This document shows positions 48,119 through 57,618 of a DNA stretch of 64,000 nt, in pieces. The position numbers and the translations under genes are program-made. How positions within the stretch are numbered: position 1 is the first letter of the stretch; each line of letters starts with the position of its first letter. Origin of the DNA: Candidatus Eiseniibacteriota bacterium (lineage in GTDB: Bacteria > Eisenbacteria > RBG-16-71-46 > CAVPCR01); the NCBI GenBank assembly GCA_963823555.1, contig CAWGMA010000002.1:352001-416000 (forward strand). The letters run 5' to 3'. The notes below the pieces were generated by a model, which was not told the DNA's origin, searched no databases, and saw only the letters and a program-made list of their open reading frames with translations.

Positions 48119-48532
48119 ATGGCACTCAAGGTTAGGCGCGTGGAGTACTTCTATACGTCGGTCAAGGACCGTCCTGGGGAAGCCTACAAGCTCCTCTCCC
48201 AGCTCGCGGCGAGCGATGTCAACCTCCTTGCCTTCGGCGTCATTCCCACCGGATCGGAGCATACCCAGCTCACACTGTTTCCCGAGAGTGCCGCTGCCCT
48301 CACCCGCGCCGCCGAGGCCAGCGGCCTCACGCTCGTCGGACCGCAGCATGCGTTCATGATCCAGGGCGATGACGAGCTCGGGGCGCTGGTCGATATCCAC
48401 CGTGCTCTCTTCGATGCGCAGATCAACATCTATGCCTCGAACGGGGTCACGGATGGCGCGGGATGCTTCGGCTATGTCCTCTATGTCAAGCCAGACGAGT
48501 TCGAGCACGCGGCGCGCATACTGCGCGTCTAG
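48119..48532 (+). CDS. Tandem ACT-domain protein
   Basis: DRPGEAYKLL..LA..DVNL and DDELGAL....L...QINI ACT-like repeats. Confidence 0.75.
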   Translation: MALKVRRVEYFYTSVKDRPGEAYKLLSQLAASDVNLLAFGVIPTGSEHTQLTLFPESAAALTRAAEASGLTLVGPQHAFMIQGDDELGALVDIHRALFDAQINIYASNGVTDGAGCFGYVLYVKPDEFEHAARILRV

Positions 48533-48625
48533 TCACCGGTCGGACTCGAGCGCGGCTCCGTTGCCCGGTCCCGGGCTCGGCGCCGGGGAGACGGCGTCCC
48601 ACAGCGCCAACAGGGGGATACGAAC

Positions 48626-50032
48626 TTGACCATTCTCGTCACCCTCTTCTTCACCGTCCTCATCGTGGCGCTGTTCGTCCGGCTCTCGGGCAACCCCCTC
48701 GATCGCCCGGAGTCCTTCATGCGGCGCCGGGTCCTGAACTGGGTGCCCCTCGGCCTCACCTACGCCCTCCTCTACATGGGGCGCTACAACCTCACGGTGG
48801 CCAAGAACGCCTTCGGCGACCTGATGACGAAGTCGGACTTCGGCCTCATCTTCGACTGGGGCACCATCACCTACGCCTTCGCCTTTCTCCTGAACGGACC
48901 GCTGACCGACAAGATCGGGGGGCGCAAGGCCATTCTCATCGCCGCGGCCGGCGCGGCGGTGGCCAACACCCTCATGGGTCTCGCCACGCGGGCCGGCGTC
49001 GGCAATCTGGTCCTCGTCTTCTCGCTCCTCTACGCGCTCAACATGTACTTCCAGAGCTTCGGCGCCGTGGCCATCGTCAAGGTGAACAGCTCCTGGTTCC
49101 ACGTGCGCGAGCGCGGGATGTTCGGCGGCATCTTCGGGATCCTGATCTCGGCCGGCATCTTCTTCGCCTTCCAGGTCGGACAGCTCATCGTCGACAAGCT
49201 GCATACGGCGCCGGGTCCGGACGGCAGCGCGATCACGACCCCTCCCTTCTGGGTGTTCTGGATTCCGGCGATCTTGCTCGCTGTCTTCTTCTTCCTCGAT
49301 ATCATCATCGTGCGCGATCGGCCCAGCGAGGCCGGGCTCGCCGATTTCGACACCGGGGATGCCTCGAGCGGCGAGGATGACCGGCCCGATCCACTGGGTG
49401 TGATTCTCAAGAAGGTGGTCACCAACCCGATCGTGCTGACGATCGCCGGGATCGAGTTCTGCACCGGGGTCCTGCGCCAGGGCATCATGCACTGGTACTT
49501 CATCTTCGGGAAGGATGTGGGATATCCGCCCGACTTCGTCGTCACCAAGAACTGGGGCCTCATGCTCTTCATCGCCGGGGCCACGGGCGGCATGACGGCT
49601 GGCTGGCTCTCGGACAAGGTGTTCGGCTCGCGCCGTGGGCCGGTGGCGGCACTCCTCTACGGGCTCATCCTGGCGTCGGCGGTGGTCATGGCGTTCGCCC
49701 TGAACAGCATGTGGGTGCTGGGGGCCTGCGTGATCCTCATCTCCTACGCCGTGATCGGCACCCATGGTATGCTCTCCGGCACGGCCACCATGGACTTCGG
49801 CGGGCGCAAGAACGCCGGGACGGCGGTCGGCCTCATCGACGGCGCGGTCTATCTCGGCACGGCCGCCCAGTCGATCAGTCTCGGTTTCCTCACCGAGCGC
49901 TCGTGGTCTTACTGGCCGCCGTTTCTCATTCCCTTCGCCGTCCTCGGCCTGTACCTGGCTGTCCGCATCCGCCGCGCCTTGCCGGAGGCGGCGCGGAAGC
50001 ACGCGACCAGGCCGGCGGCGGCGCGATCCTGA
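48626..50032 (+). CDS. MFS transporter (OPA/GlpT-UhpC-like)
   Basis: YMGRYN, GPLTDKIGGRK, WFHVRERG, GWLSDKVFGSRR, AGTAVGLIDG; TTG start. Confidence 0.88.
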   Translation: MTILVTLFFTVLIVALFVRLSGNPLDRPESFMRRRVLNWVPLGLTYALLYMGRYNLTVAKNAFGDLMTKSDFGLIFDWGTITYAFAFLLNGPLTDKIGGRKAILIAAAGAAVANTLMGLATRAGVGNLVLVFSLLYALNMYFQSFGAVAIVKVNSSWFHVRERGMFGGIFGILISAGIFFAFQVGQLIVDKLHTAPGPDGSAITTPPFWVFWIPAILLAVFFFLDIIIVRDRPSEAGLADFDTGDASSGEDDRPDPLGVILKKVVTNPIVLTIAGIEFCTGVLRQGIMHWYFIFGKDVGYPPDFVVTKNWGLMLFIAGATGGMTAGWLSDKVFGSRRGPVAALLYGLILASAVVMAFALNSMWVLGACVILISYAVIGTHGMLSGTATMDFGGRKNAGTAVGLIDGAVYLGTAAQSISLGFLTERSWSYWPPFLIPFAVLGLYLAVRIRRALPEAARKHATRPAAARS

Positions 50033-50038
50033 GCGGCC

Positions 50039-50365
50039 ATGACGTCGCACCCGTCCAACGAGGTCCATGTGGTCCTCTCCACCTTCGCGAGCCGTGAGGA
50101 CGCGGTGCGCGTCGGCCGCGAGCTGGTCGAGCGCCGGCTCGCCGCTTGCATGAACGTGGTCCCGGGAGTAGAGAGCATCTACCGCTGGGAGGGGAAGGTG
50201 GAGGACGCGGCCGAGGTGCTCGCGATCATGAAGACGCGCGGCGAGCGCCTCCAGGAGCTGATGACGGTCCTCGCCGAGCTGCATCCCTACGCGGTGCCGG
50301 AGATCCTCTCCTTCCCGGCCGCAGCCGCGGCCGCGTACGGTGCCTGGGTGGCGGCCGAGACCTGA
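50039..50365 (+). CDS. cutA: Divalent-cation tolerance protein CutA
   Basis: LVERRLAACMN, SIYRWEGKV, HPYAVPEI. Confidence 0.95.
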   Translation: MTSHPSNEVHVVLSTFASREDAVRVGRELVERRLAACMNVVPGVESIYRWEGKVEDAAEVLAIMKTRGERLQELMTVLAELHPYAVPEILSFPAAAAAAYGAWVAAET

Positions 50366-50396
50366 GGCCCCGCCGGACTCCCCGCGCCGATAGCAA

Positions 50397-50436
50397 GATC
50401 CCCACGCGAGGCATCATTCGGCCTCGCGTGGGGATC
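50397..50436. terminator. 16-bp stem-loop between convergent genes (likely bidirectional terminator)
   Basis: GATCCCCACGCGAGGC-ATCATTCG-GCCTCGCGTGGGGATC; weak U-tract. Confidence 0.65.
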
Positions 50437-50470
50437 GCGTCTTTCGGGGCTCTCTAGCTACGGCGCAGCG

Positions 50471-51031
50471 TCAGGCGGCGCGCTTCTCCGAATGCGCTGG
50501 GGTCGTGGTGGTCGCGGGACCCGAGGTGCTGGTTCCCGTACCGATCGGGGTGGTGGTCCCGCTCGGCCCGCGCTGGCTCTTGGCCTCTGCGGCCTTGAGC
50601 GCCGGGGCCATCGCCGTCTCGACCTCGGAGGCTGCCGCCTCGCCCATGACGCAGGTGCCGTGGAAGTAGACGCCGTCCTCGATCTTGAAGCTCTGGGCGT
50701 AGACATCGCCGCGAACGTGGGCCCCTGCGAGGAGCTCGACGCGCTCCTTCGCCCGGATCTTGCCGTTCACGGTGCCCGAGATCACGGCCTGCTTGACGGC
50801 GAGATCGGCCTTGACCTGGCCCTTGGCGCCCACGGTGAGGTTCTCGGTGGTGATGAGAGTTCCACCCTCGATCTCCCCGTCCACGCGCAGCGATCCGTTG
50901 ACCCGGACCGAGCCGTCGATGTGCGTTCCCTCGCCGATCACGGTGCCCTGCGACCGGTTGCCGGTGTCGCTGGGACGGGTGTACTCGCGCGACTCCTCGC
51001 GCTGGGTCTGCTTGTTTCCGGAATTGAACAT
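50471..51031 (-). CDS. Bactofilin (polymer-forming cytoskeletal protein)
   Basis: TVIGEGTHIDG..LRVDGEIEG..LTVGAKGQVKAD..ISGTVNGKI..GDV..IEDGVYFHG.C.M beta-helix. Confidence 0.93.
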   Translation of the reverse strand: MFNSGNKQTQREESREYTRPSDTGNRSQGTVIGEGTHIDGSVRVNGSLRVDGEIEGGTLITTENLTVGAKGQVKADLAVKQAVISGTVNGKIRAKERVELLAGAHVRGDVYAQSFKIEDGVYFHGTCVMGEAAASEVETAMAPALKAAEAKSQRGPSGTTTPIGTGTSTSGPATTTTPAHSEKRAA

Positions 51032-51155
51032 CTTGATCTCCCCCTAGGACGGTATGTGGGAATAGCCCCAGTGTTCTATCGGCCGGGGGGGAGGAGGGCT
51101 TGACCGGAAATGGGGCGGTTGGGGGGGATGCCCCGGCGGACGCCGGGGCAGGATC

Positions 51156-51788
51156 CTAGCGGGAACGCTTCCCGGACTTCGCTCGGCTGTCGGAAGTGGC
51201 CTTCCGGGAGCCATTTCGCCCGGCCTTGCCGCCGCCGGCCTTGATCCCGGCGTGCGTGCGGGCCACGGCCTTGGCCGCCCGCCGCGCCGCCTGGGCCCGC
51301 TCCCTGTCCTTCGCTTTCTCCTTCGCCTTGGCGCCGGCCTTGCCCGCGCGGCGCAGGCGGCGGCGCTCCAGGGCCGCCTCCTTCATGGCGAGTCGATCGT
51401 GGGTCCGGGTCAGGCGCATCCACTGCTCGAGGTCGTCGGCGGTGCGGAAGATGACCTTCTCCGCCGGCTCGTTGGTGTTCGGCTCGCAGGTCTCGTTGTC
51501 GAAGTTGCGGCAGATGTACGGGCGAGTTTCGTACACGGCGCACTTGCCGTCCGCGAGCAGGTTCTCGCAGCGCGAGTAGAGGAGGACGTTCCACGTATCC
51601 TCGTGGTCGACGTAGACCTCGATGCCGGGGTGATAGAGGTACCAGCGAATGTTGTCGAAATCGCGGCGCGTCTCCGGCGTGTCGACCTCGATCGCGACAT
51701 ACTGGCAGCACTGGGTGCAGGCAGTGCACGGGATCAGGCCGGTCTTGGGATCGCGTTCGGCGTTGATGGGGATCTTCTGCGACAGCAT
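51156..51788 (-). CDS. YkgJ-family cysteine-cluster protein with basic C-terminal tail
   Basis: CTACTQCC...C..L..DGKCAVYETRPYICRNF..C. Confidence 0.88.
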   Translation of the reverse strand: MLSQKIPINAERDPKTGLIPCTACTQCCQYVAIEVDTPETRRDFDNIRWYLYHPGIEVYVDHEDTWNVLLYSRCENLLADGKCAVYETRPYICRNFDNETCEPNTNEPAEKVIFRTADDLEQWMRLTRTHDRLAMKEAALERRRLRRAGKAGAKAKEKAKDRERAQAARRAAKAVARTHAGIKAGGGKAGRNGSRKATSDSRAKSGKRSR

Positions 51789-51841
51789 GGGGTCCTCTGA
51801 TGGTCTTCGGGGAGCGCTTCAGACGATTGCGTGATCGCCAA

Positions 51842-51871
51842 AACCTAGCAGTCGCATTGCGTGAGGGTCAA
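51842..51871 (-). promoter_or_regulatory. Candidate sigma-70 promoter for the YkgJ-like gene
   Basis: TTGACC-N18-TAGGTT with TGn extension. Confidence 0.35.
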
Positions 51872-51921
51872 CTCGTTTCGCTCGCGGGGTGATGGCACAC
51901 GCGCTTCCGTCCACTGATCGC

Positions 51922-53793
51922 TCACGGCGCGGAGACTCTGTGCATGGCCTCTCGCACACGCTCGGCGTTCTCGTAGGTGGGCACTCGCTCGAGCACGCGA
52001 TCGATCTGGGCATGGGCTTCCTCGCGGTGTCCCGTTTCGAAGAGGAAGATCGCGCGCCGGGTCGCCATCTCGAGGACGAGGCCGGCGAGCTGTTTGCGCT
52101 GGGGATCCGTGCCGGCGAAGGCCGGTTCCAGGTCGCGGACCGACTTGAGCGGCGGCGGGACCGGCTCGGGTGGCGGCGCCGGCGGACGCTCCCGGTGGAG
52201 ACGCATGGCGAGTCCCGAAGGGACCATCACGAAGCCATCCGCGATTCCCGGCTCGATGGCGTCGGGGGTGAGGTAGACGGGGCGCGAGGTCGCGGCCCCG
52301 GTGAGCAGGCAGTTGATCATCTCCACATAGAGGTTCTGCAGGACCTGGGCGTCGTAGGGTTCGCCGCGTTCGAAGGGGATGAGCGCCGAGTCGAACTCGG
52401 CCATCCGTTCGCGGCAGCCGGCGGTGAGATCCGGGTCCCAGCGGGTGAGCTGTCGCAGGTACCAGCGACGGCGCAGCAGCTCCTTCTCGAGGACGGTCAC
52501 ATCACGCCGCTGGTTCCGTACCAGCTGCTCGTAGATGGATGCCGAGCAGAACTGATCCCACTGTCGGCTCAGGATCACGGCCTCCGGATCGAGCGAGGCG
52601 AACATGGCCGCCGTGTAGTCGGGCACGAGGTGGTTATGGCGTTGATTCGCCGCCCCGAAGTTCCAGGTGGCGGCCAGTCCCGGCAGCGCCAGGGCGGCGG
52701 CGGTGATCAGGAGGCGAGACGAACGGCGGCCGCCGGCCGCGTGAGGCATCGCCCCGGAGTGGGCGATGCTGCGTCGCCGGAGCGCGTCCAGCGAGAACGC
52801 GATCCCGGTGCCGGCCCACAGCGCCACCATGAGAAAGGCCGGGAGGAAGTAGGAGTCGATGTCGTGGATGTCATAGTTGATGGCATAGAGGAGATTGAGG
52901 AGGAAGAGGAGGACCGTGGCCTCGACGATCGCTCGCGCCCGCCGCCAGAGGAGGACGAGCCCCGCGGCCGCCGCGAGGAGCGCGATCGGCGTCATCTCGG
53001 CGCCCAGGAGCTCGACGAACCGAGCGAGCTGCTTCATCGCCACCTGGGTGCCCGACAGGAACCACACCCGATAGACCGCTCCCGTCGCATGGCGATAGAA
53101 ATCGCCCAGCGTCTGCGGATCGCCCCAGTCGAGAGGCGGGTTCAGGGCGGAACGCACCGGCAGGTAGAGGTAGATCGTGAGCCCGGCCAGGAAGGCGATC
53201 CCGAGCGCCGGGGCCCGGCGCCAGAGATCGCTGACACCGACCTCGCGCGCGATGAGGAAGACGAGGGCGGGGAGCAGGAGCAGGGTCGAGAGGTGATTGC
53301 CGACGGCGAGCCCGGCCAGATACGCGAAGAGGAGGGGGTTGACCTCGGCCCAGGCCACCCGCAGCGCGAGGTGGAAGAGGATCGCGATCAGGAGGAGATG
53401 GAGCGCATAGACCTCGACGATGACGGCCTGCTCCCAGACCGTGAGCCCCGCGGCCAGGAGGAGCGCGGCGGCTAGTCCCCCGGCGACGGCGGCCTCCCGG
53501 TGCAACCCCAGAGCGAGAAGGAGCCGCTTGAGCGTCAGATGCACCACCAGCGCCGCTCCGGCGCCGCACAGCGCCGAGAACAGGGTGAGACGCGCGATGG
53601 GCTCGAGCGGTCCGGGCGGGATGCAAACGGTCCGTCCGAGGAGCGTGTAGAGCGGATAGCCCGTGGGGTGAGCGATGCCGAGGGTCGCGGCCGCGGCGGC
53701 CAGCTCACCCGAGTCGATGAAGGTCAGGTCCGGGGCCCGCGTCGCCACATAGAGGAGGAACGGGAGCAAGAAGGCGGTAGCACCGGCCCGCAT
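51922..53793 (-). CDS. DUF2723 (TMEM260-like) membrane glycosyltransferase
   Basis: DSGELAAAAATLGIAHPTGYPLY, EVYAL, GNH, YLYLPVR, P.LDWG.P; C-terminal TPR-like helices. Confidence 0.9.
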   Translation of the reverse strand: MRAGATAFLLPFLLYVATRAPDLTFIDSGELAAAAATLGIAHPTGYPLYTLLGRTVCIPPGPLEPIARLTLFSALCGAGAALVVHLTLKRLLLALGLHREAAVAGGLAAALLLAAGLTVWEQAVIVEVYALHLLLIAILFHLALRVAWAEVNPLLFAYLAGLAVGNHLSTLLLLPALVFLIAREVGVSDLWRRAPALGIAFLAGLTIYLYLPVRSALNPPLDWGDPQTLGDFYRHATGAVYRVWFLSGTQVAMKQLARFVELLGAEMTPIALLAAAAGLVLLWRRARAIVEATVLLFLLNLLYAINYDIHDIDSYFLPAFLMVALWAGTGIAFSLDALRRRSIAHSGAMPHAAGGRRSSRLLITAAALALPGLAATWNFGAANQRHNHLVPDYTAAMFASLDPEAVILSRQWDQFCSASIYEQLVRNQRRDVTVLEKELLRRRWYLRQLTRWDPDLTAGCRERMAEFDSALIPFERGEPYDAQVLQNLYVEMINCLLTGAATSRPVYLTPDAIEPGIADGFVMVPSGLAMRLHRERPPAPPPEPVPPPLKSVRDLEPAFAGTDPQRKQLAGLVLEMATRRAIFLFETGHREEAHAQIDRVLERVPTYENAERVREAMHRVSAP

Positions 53794-53809
53794 CGATCGT
53801 GCTCCAGGG

Positions 53810-55153
53810 TCAGCGCAGGTCGGCCGACCCGGAGGCGGGTTCGGCCCCTGGGTTCCCGGACACGGCGCCCTGCTCGCCGACGCCGGTCGCCGTCAGATAA
53901 TGGCTCCGTTCTTCCTCCGGCACCTCGTAGGCGGTCGCGATCAAGCCCTTGGCCTTGTCGTGGGAGCCGCGGAACTCCTTGACCTGGAGGACACGCTGGT
54001 AGTCGGTCATCGCCTCCATGCGTCGCCCCACGATGTCATGAATGCGGCCGCGCTCGAGGAGCGCCGTCGCCGTGAGCCACTCGGTCCCGGGATTGGGGTC
54101 GGCGATGAGCTCATCGAGGAGCGGCTTGGCCCGATCGAAGAGCCCGGCCACCTTGTAGGTGCTGGCCAGGAAGTACGTCGTCATGTCCCGCGACTGGCGG
54201 CCGAACGCCGGTTCGGTCTTGGCCTTCGCCACCATCTCCTCGAGGATCTGGATCGCGTTGGCGTAGTCGTGTTCGGAGCGATAGGCGAAGCCGAGCATGC
54301 CGTAGAAATCGAGGTTCTTCGGATAGGTGTCGTGGAGCCCCTTGAGGATGTTGAGCGCCTCCTCGTAGCGGCCCTCGGTGTCGAGGTAGGCGATGGCCAG
54401 GAAGATCCGGGCGTCGACCTGGGTGAAGAGGCCGCCCCGCGCCGCGCGCTCCATCTCCTCGAGGCCGCGCTGCTTGTCCCCGCTCAATCCCAGCAGGAAC
54501 TTCGACAGCAGGCGGGCGAACCATGGCAGCTCGGCCGCGTAGTAGTCGTAGACCCCGAGGCCAAAGTAGCTGTCGTCGAGATCGGGATGGTAGCGGGCCA
54601 GAAGCCGGAGGTACTTGCGCGCCGTGACGGCGGTGTTCACCGTCTCCAGCCGCTTCCCCGTGAGGCCGTCGAGAATGGCCTTTCGCCCATTGAGCCCCCC
54701 CATGAAGAAGAGGGCCATGGGATCGCGATCATCTCGCTCGAGCAGTTTCTCGCAGAGGGCCATGCCGCCGGTGGCGTGCTTGCGGCACAGGGTCACGAAC
54801 TCCGGGCGATCGAGGTTGTTGATCGCCTGCCACCAGTAGGTCTCGGCGAGCAGGAAATCGCCGAGCGGACTGCGCGGATTCGCTTCCTGGATGACCCTGG
54901 CTTCGGCCTCCGCCTCGGCGAACTCGAAGTTGTAGATGCGATTGACGACGGCGACGGCCTGCCGGTGCTGCTCCGCGGTGAGCGGGATCCGCTCGTCATA
55001 GGGGAAGGCCGGCGGACCGAGAGGTTCGCCGGCGAGTCCCCTGGCGCCTCCAGCCAGGTTGAGGGCGAGGATCAGGATCAGGATGAGGGGGACGCGGTTG
55101 GGCGGGCCGTTCTCGGCCCGCCCAACGCCGAGGTCGGGGTTCAGGGTGTGCAT
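53810..55153 (-). CDS. Secreted tetratricopeptide-repeat protein
   Basis: Signal-like segment, helical TPR repeats, 'D.YFGLGVYDYY...GDKQRGL'. Confidence 0.8.
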   Translation of the reverse strand: MHTLNPDLGVGRAENGPPNRVPLILILILALNLAGGARGLAGEPLGPPAFPYDERIPLTAEQHRQAVAVVNRIYNFEFAEAEAEARVIQEANPRSPLGDFLLAETYWWQAINNLDRPEFVTLCRKHATGGMALCEKLLERDDRDPMALFFMGGLNGRKAILDGLTGKRLETVNTAVTARKYLRLLARYHPDLDDSYFGLGVYDYYAAELPWFARLLSKFLLGLSGDKQRGLEEMERAARGGLFTQVDARIFLAIAYLDTEGRYEEALNILKGLHDTYPKNLDFYGMLGFAYRSEHDYANAIQILEEMVAKAKTEPAFGRQSRDMTTYFLASTYKVAGLFDRAKPLLDELIADPNPGTEWLTATALLERGRIHDIVGRRMEAMTDYQRVLQVKEFRGSHDKAKGLIATAYEVPEEERSHYLTATGVGEQGAVSGNPGAEPASGSADLR

Positions 55154-56775
55154 CCTGGGGGAAAAGCTCCTCTTTCTTCACAGGGCGCAGCGAGGAAGGG
55201 CGATTCGGGATCGAGACGCAGGTTCTCGGCCGCCGCGTCGCAGAAGAGGGGGTCCGTGTCGCTCGCGAGGTCGAGCAGGTACGTGACTTCCGAGGCCGCG
55301 CCGGATCCATCGATCAGGCCACCCACGTTCCGGTGGAAGCCATCGCAGTTCGAGCTCAAGTTGGACTGGTTGAAGTAGATCGTGGATCCGGTCGGGCCGG
55401 CCACGTTCTCGGCGAAGATGTTCGATTCGCTGAAGACGTTGGCCGGGCCCAGGTCGAAGTCGAGGTAGATGCAGCTGCCGCTGGTTGCCGAGTTGCGGTA
55501 GAACGTCGAGTTGTGAATGCTGGCGTCCGCCGACCGCACCTCGATCGCCCCGGCGATGCCGGCCGTGGCCTGGTTGCGGATGAAGACGCAGTGGGCGATC
55601 TCCGGCGACGACTGATCGAACATGGCGATGGCGCCGCCGCGGTACGCGCGGTTGGCCACGAACAGGCACCGGCGAATCTTGGCGTTGGTGTCGTAGAGGG
55701 CAATGGCGCCGCCGCGGTCGTTGGAGGACTGGTTGTTCTCGAACGTGCAGTCCTCGACCACCATGTCGGCCTCGTCGCAGAGGATCGATCCGCCCGGCTC
55801 GGTATTCGACCGACCCCCGCTCAACGTGAGCCCCTTGATCGTCACCCGTCGCTCGGCGGTGAACACCCGGAAGTGCCGGTTGCCGCTCGTGGTCAACGTG
55901 GTCACGTCCTGGCCGCCCTCGCCCAGAACGACGACGTCGACGCCGAGGTTGATGTTGTCGACGACGTAGGTCCCGGGGGCGACGAGCACGGTGTCGCCAT
56001 CGTTGCAGGCGAAGACCGCCTCCTGGATCGTCCCGTACTCGCTGGGAACGCGCCGCGAGATCCCCTCCAGGATCCGGAAACGCCAGGTCGACTCGCTCTG
56101 ATAGTTGGCCTGGTTGAACATGCTGATATGGACCGTGACCTGTCCCGGCAGCAGGTTGACCGGTGGCGTGTACTCGAAGGCGCCGTGGCGCAACGGTTCG
56201 ATGTCGTAGACATCGACATCGTCAATGCGCTCTCCGTTGATCTCGAGGATGAAGGAACCGATGCGGTATCCCGCGCCCGCGCAGCGGAACTCGCCTGCGA
56301 TCCGCGGCTTGCGCTCGACGTGGAGGGAGTTGAGGGGGGGGGCGAGATTCTCGAAGCGCACGCGCGACGTATCAGGGACCGTCACCTCGACCGACGTCGT
56401 CTGTCCGGCGAGAACGTTGATGTTGTCCACCCGCCCGACGAAATAGCCGGGCAACTCGACCGAAGCGGCGAGGTCGTAGATCCCCTGGTCGAGGGGGTCG
56501 CTCTGGAACGTGCCGTCATCATCGGGGAAGGTGGTGCTCACCTTCTCGTCGGTCTCCGCATCGAAGATCTCGATCTTGACCTGCGTGATGCGGGTGTCAT
56601 CCAGAAGGAAGGCCGTGCCAGCGATGAATCCCTTCTCGTCGTTCCCATCCGGTCCGGTGGGTTCATCGTCGCCGCAACCGCCGATTCCCACAAGGAGCAG
56701 GCAGAGCGCGGGCAGAATGCAGATGCTGAGAGTGGGCCGCCGGAGAGCGGCGATCCGGTCGCTGAGACTGGCCAT
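55141..56775 (-). CDS. Lipoprotein with Ig-like domains and right-handed parallel beta-helix
   Basis: Lipobox LVGIGGC; VPSEYGTIQEAV..GDTVLVAPGTY; GGAI/FxxN repeats; DPLFC tail; GGAG RBS. Confidence 0.8.
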   Translation of the reverse strand: MASLSDRIAALRRPTLSICILPALCLLLVGIGGCGDDEPTGPDGNDEKGFIAGTAFLLDDTRITQVKIEIFDAETDEKVSTTFPDDDGTFQSDPLDQGIYDLAASVELPGYFVGRVDNINVLAGQTTSVEVTVPDTSRVRFENLAPPLNSLHVERKPRIAGEFRCAGAGYRIGSFILEINGERIDDVDVYDIEPLRHGAFEYTPPVNLLPGQVTVHISMFNQANYQSESTWRFRILEGISRRVPSEYGTIQEAVFACNDGDTVLVAPGTYVVDNINLGVDVVVLGEGGQDVTTLTTSGNRHFRVFTAERRVTIKGLTLSGGRSNTEPGGSILCDEADMVVEDCTFENNQSSNDRGGAIALYDTNAKIRRCLFVANRAYRGGAIAMFDQSSPEIAHCVFIRNQATAGIAGAIEVRSADASIHNSTFYRNSATSGSCIYLDFDLGPANVFSESNIFAENVAGPTGSTIYFNQSNLSSNCDGFHRNVGGLIDGSGAASEVTYLLDLASDTDPLFCDAAAENLRLDPESPFLAAPCEERGAFPPGCTP

Positions 56776-57042
56776 GGTGGGTACTCCTCCCATCCCGGAA
56801 CCCCGCCGCTCGAGCTCTTGCAGCCCGCCGGCGCGGTTCACGTTCTTGTCCACATCCTCGAAGACCGTCGCACGCTTCGAGGGGGGAGAGCGAAGTTCGG
56901 GCTGGGGGATCGCATTGCCTGGGTGAGCCTGTCGCGTCATAGTGGACGCGTCCACTGGACCCGAGCCGGGCCAGTGTAATCGCAGGCGCGATCGGCAGCA
57001 AGGCTCCTCGCTCCCGCCAGGGGCTTCGAGGGGCCTGAACGG

Positions 57043-57612
57043 ATGGGCTGGCTTGGGTTTCGCCGGGTGATCTGCGCCGCCGGGCGCCCCCAGGGCGCTC
57101 AGCCGGGGAGGAGGATCGACCTCTTGGCAGTCCGGATACCGGGAGGGTGGGGGAGGATCGGGGTCGGGATGATGGCGATCTTCTTGCTGGGCTCATGCGC
57201 CTCGAGCCAGAAGCCCGGCGGATCGGCCTCGATCGACATCCCGGCTCCAGTCCCCGCTGATCTGGACTCGACCGCCGCCGCGGTGGCCCGGGCGGCGGGT
57301 ATCCGTGCCGGGGAGCTCGCGCTTCTCGAGCCGGGGCCACCCCGGATCCTCTCCGGTGGAGTCCTCTTCTCCCTGCCCCTGCCGTCGGCGAACACGGTCT
57401 TCGTCGCCGGCACCTTCAACGGCTGGGTGCCGAATCAGTACGAGCTCGTCCGCCGGGATGGCCGGGTCTGGGTTGGCGTGATCCCGGTTCCCCGGGGCCG
57501 CCACCTCTACAAGTTCCTCATCGACGGGCGCCGGTGGATCCTCGATCCGGCGAACCCTGATCGCGGCCGGGACGGCACGGGTGGGGATGCTTCGGTGCTG
57601 TTCGTACCCTGA
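57043..57612 (+). CDS. Lipoprotein with CBM48/AMPK-type glycogen-binding domain
   Basis: LLGSC lipobox; VFVAGTFNGW, G.HLYKFLIDG.RWILDPANP; start uncertain. Confidence 0.8.
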   Translation: MGWLGFRRVICAAGRPQGAQPGRRIDLLAVRIPGGWGRIGVGMMAIFLLGSCASSQKPGGSASIDIPAPVPADLDSTAAAVARAAGIRAGELALLEPGPPRILSGGVLFSLPLPSANTVFVAGTFNGWVPNQYELVRRDGRVWVGVIPVPRGRHLYKFLIDGRRWILDPANPDRGRDGTGGDASVLFVP

Positions 57613-57618
57613 GCCGGA

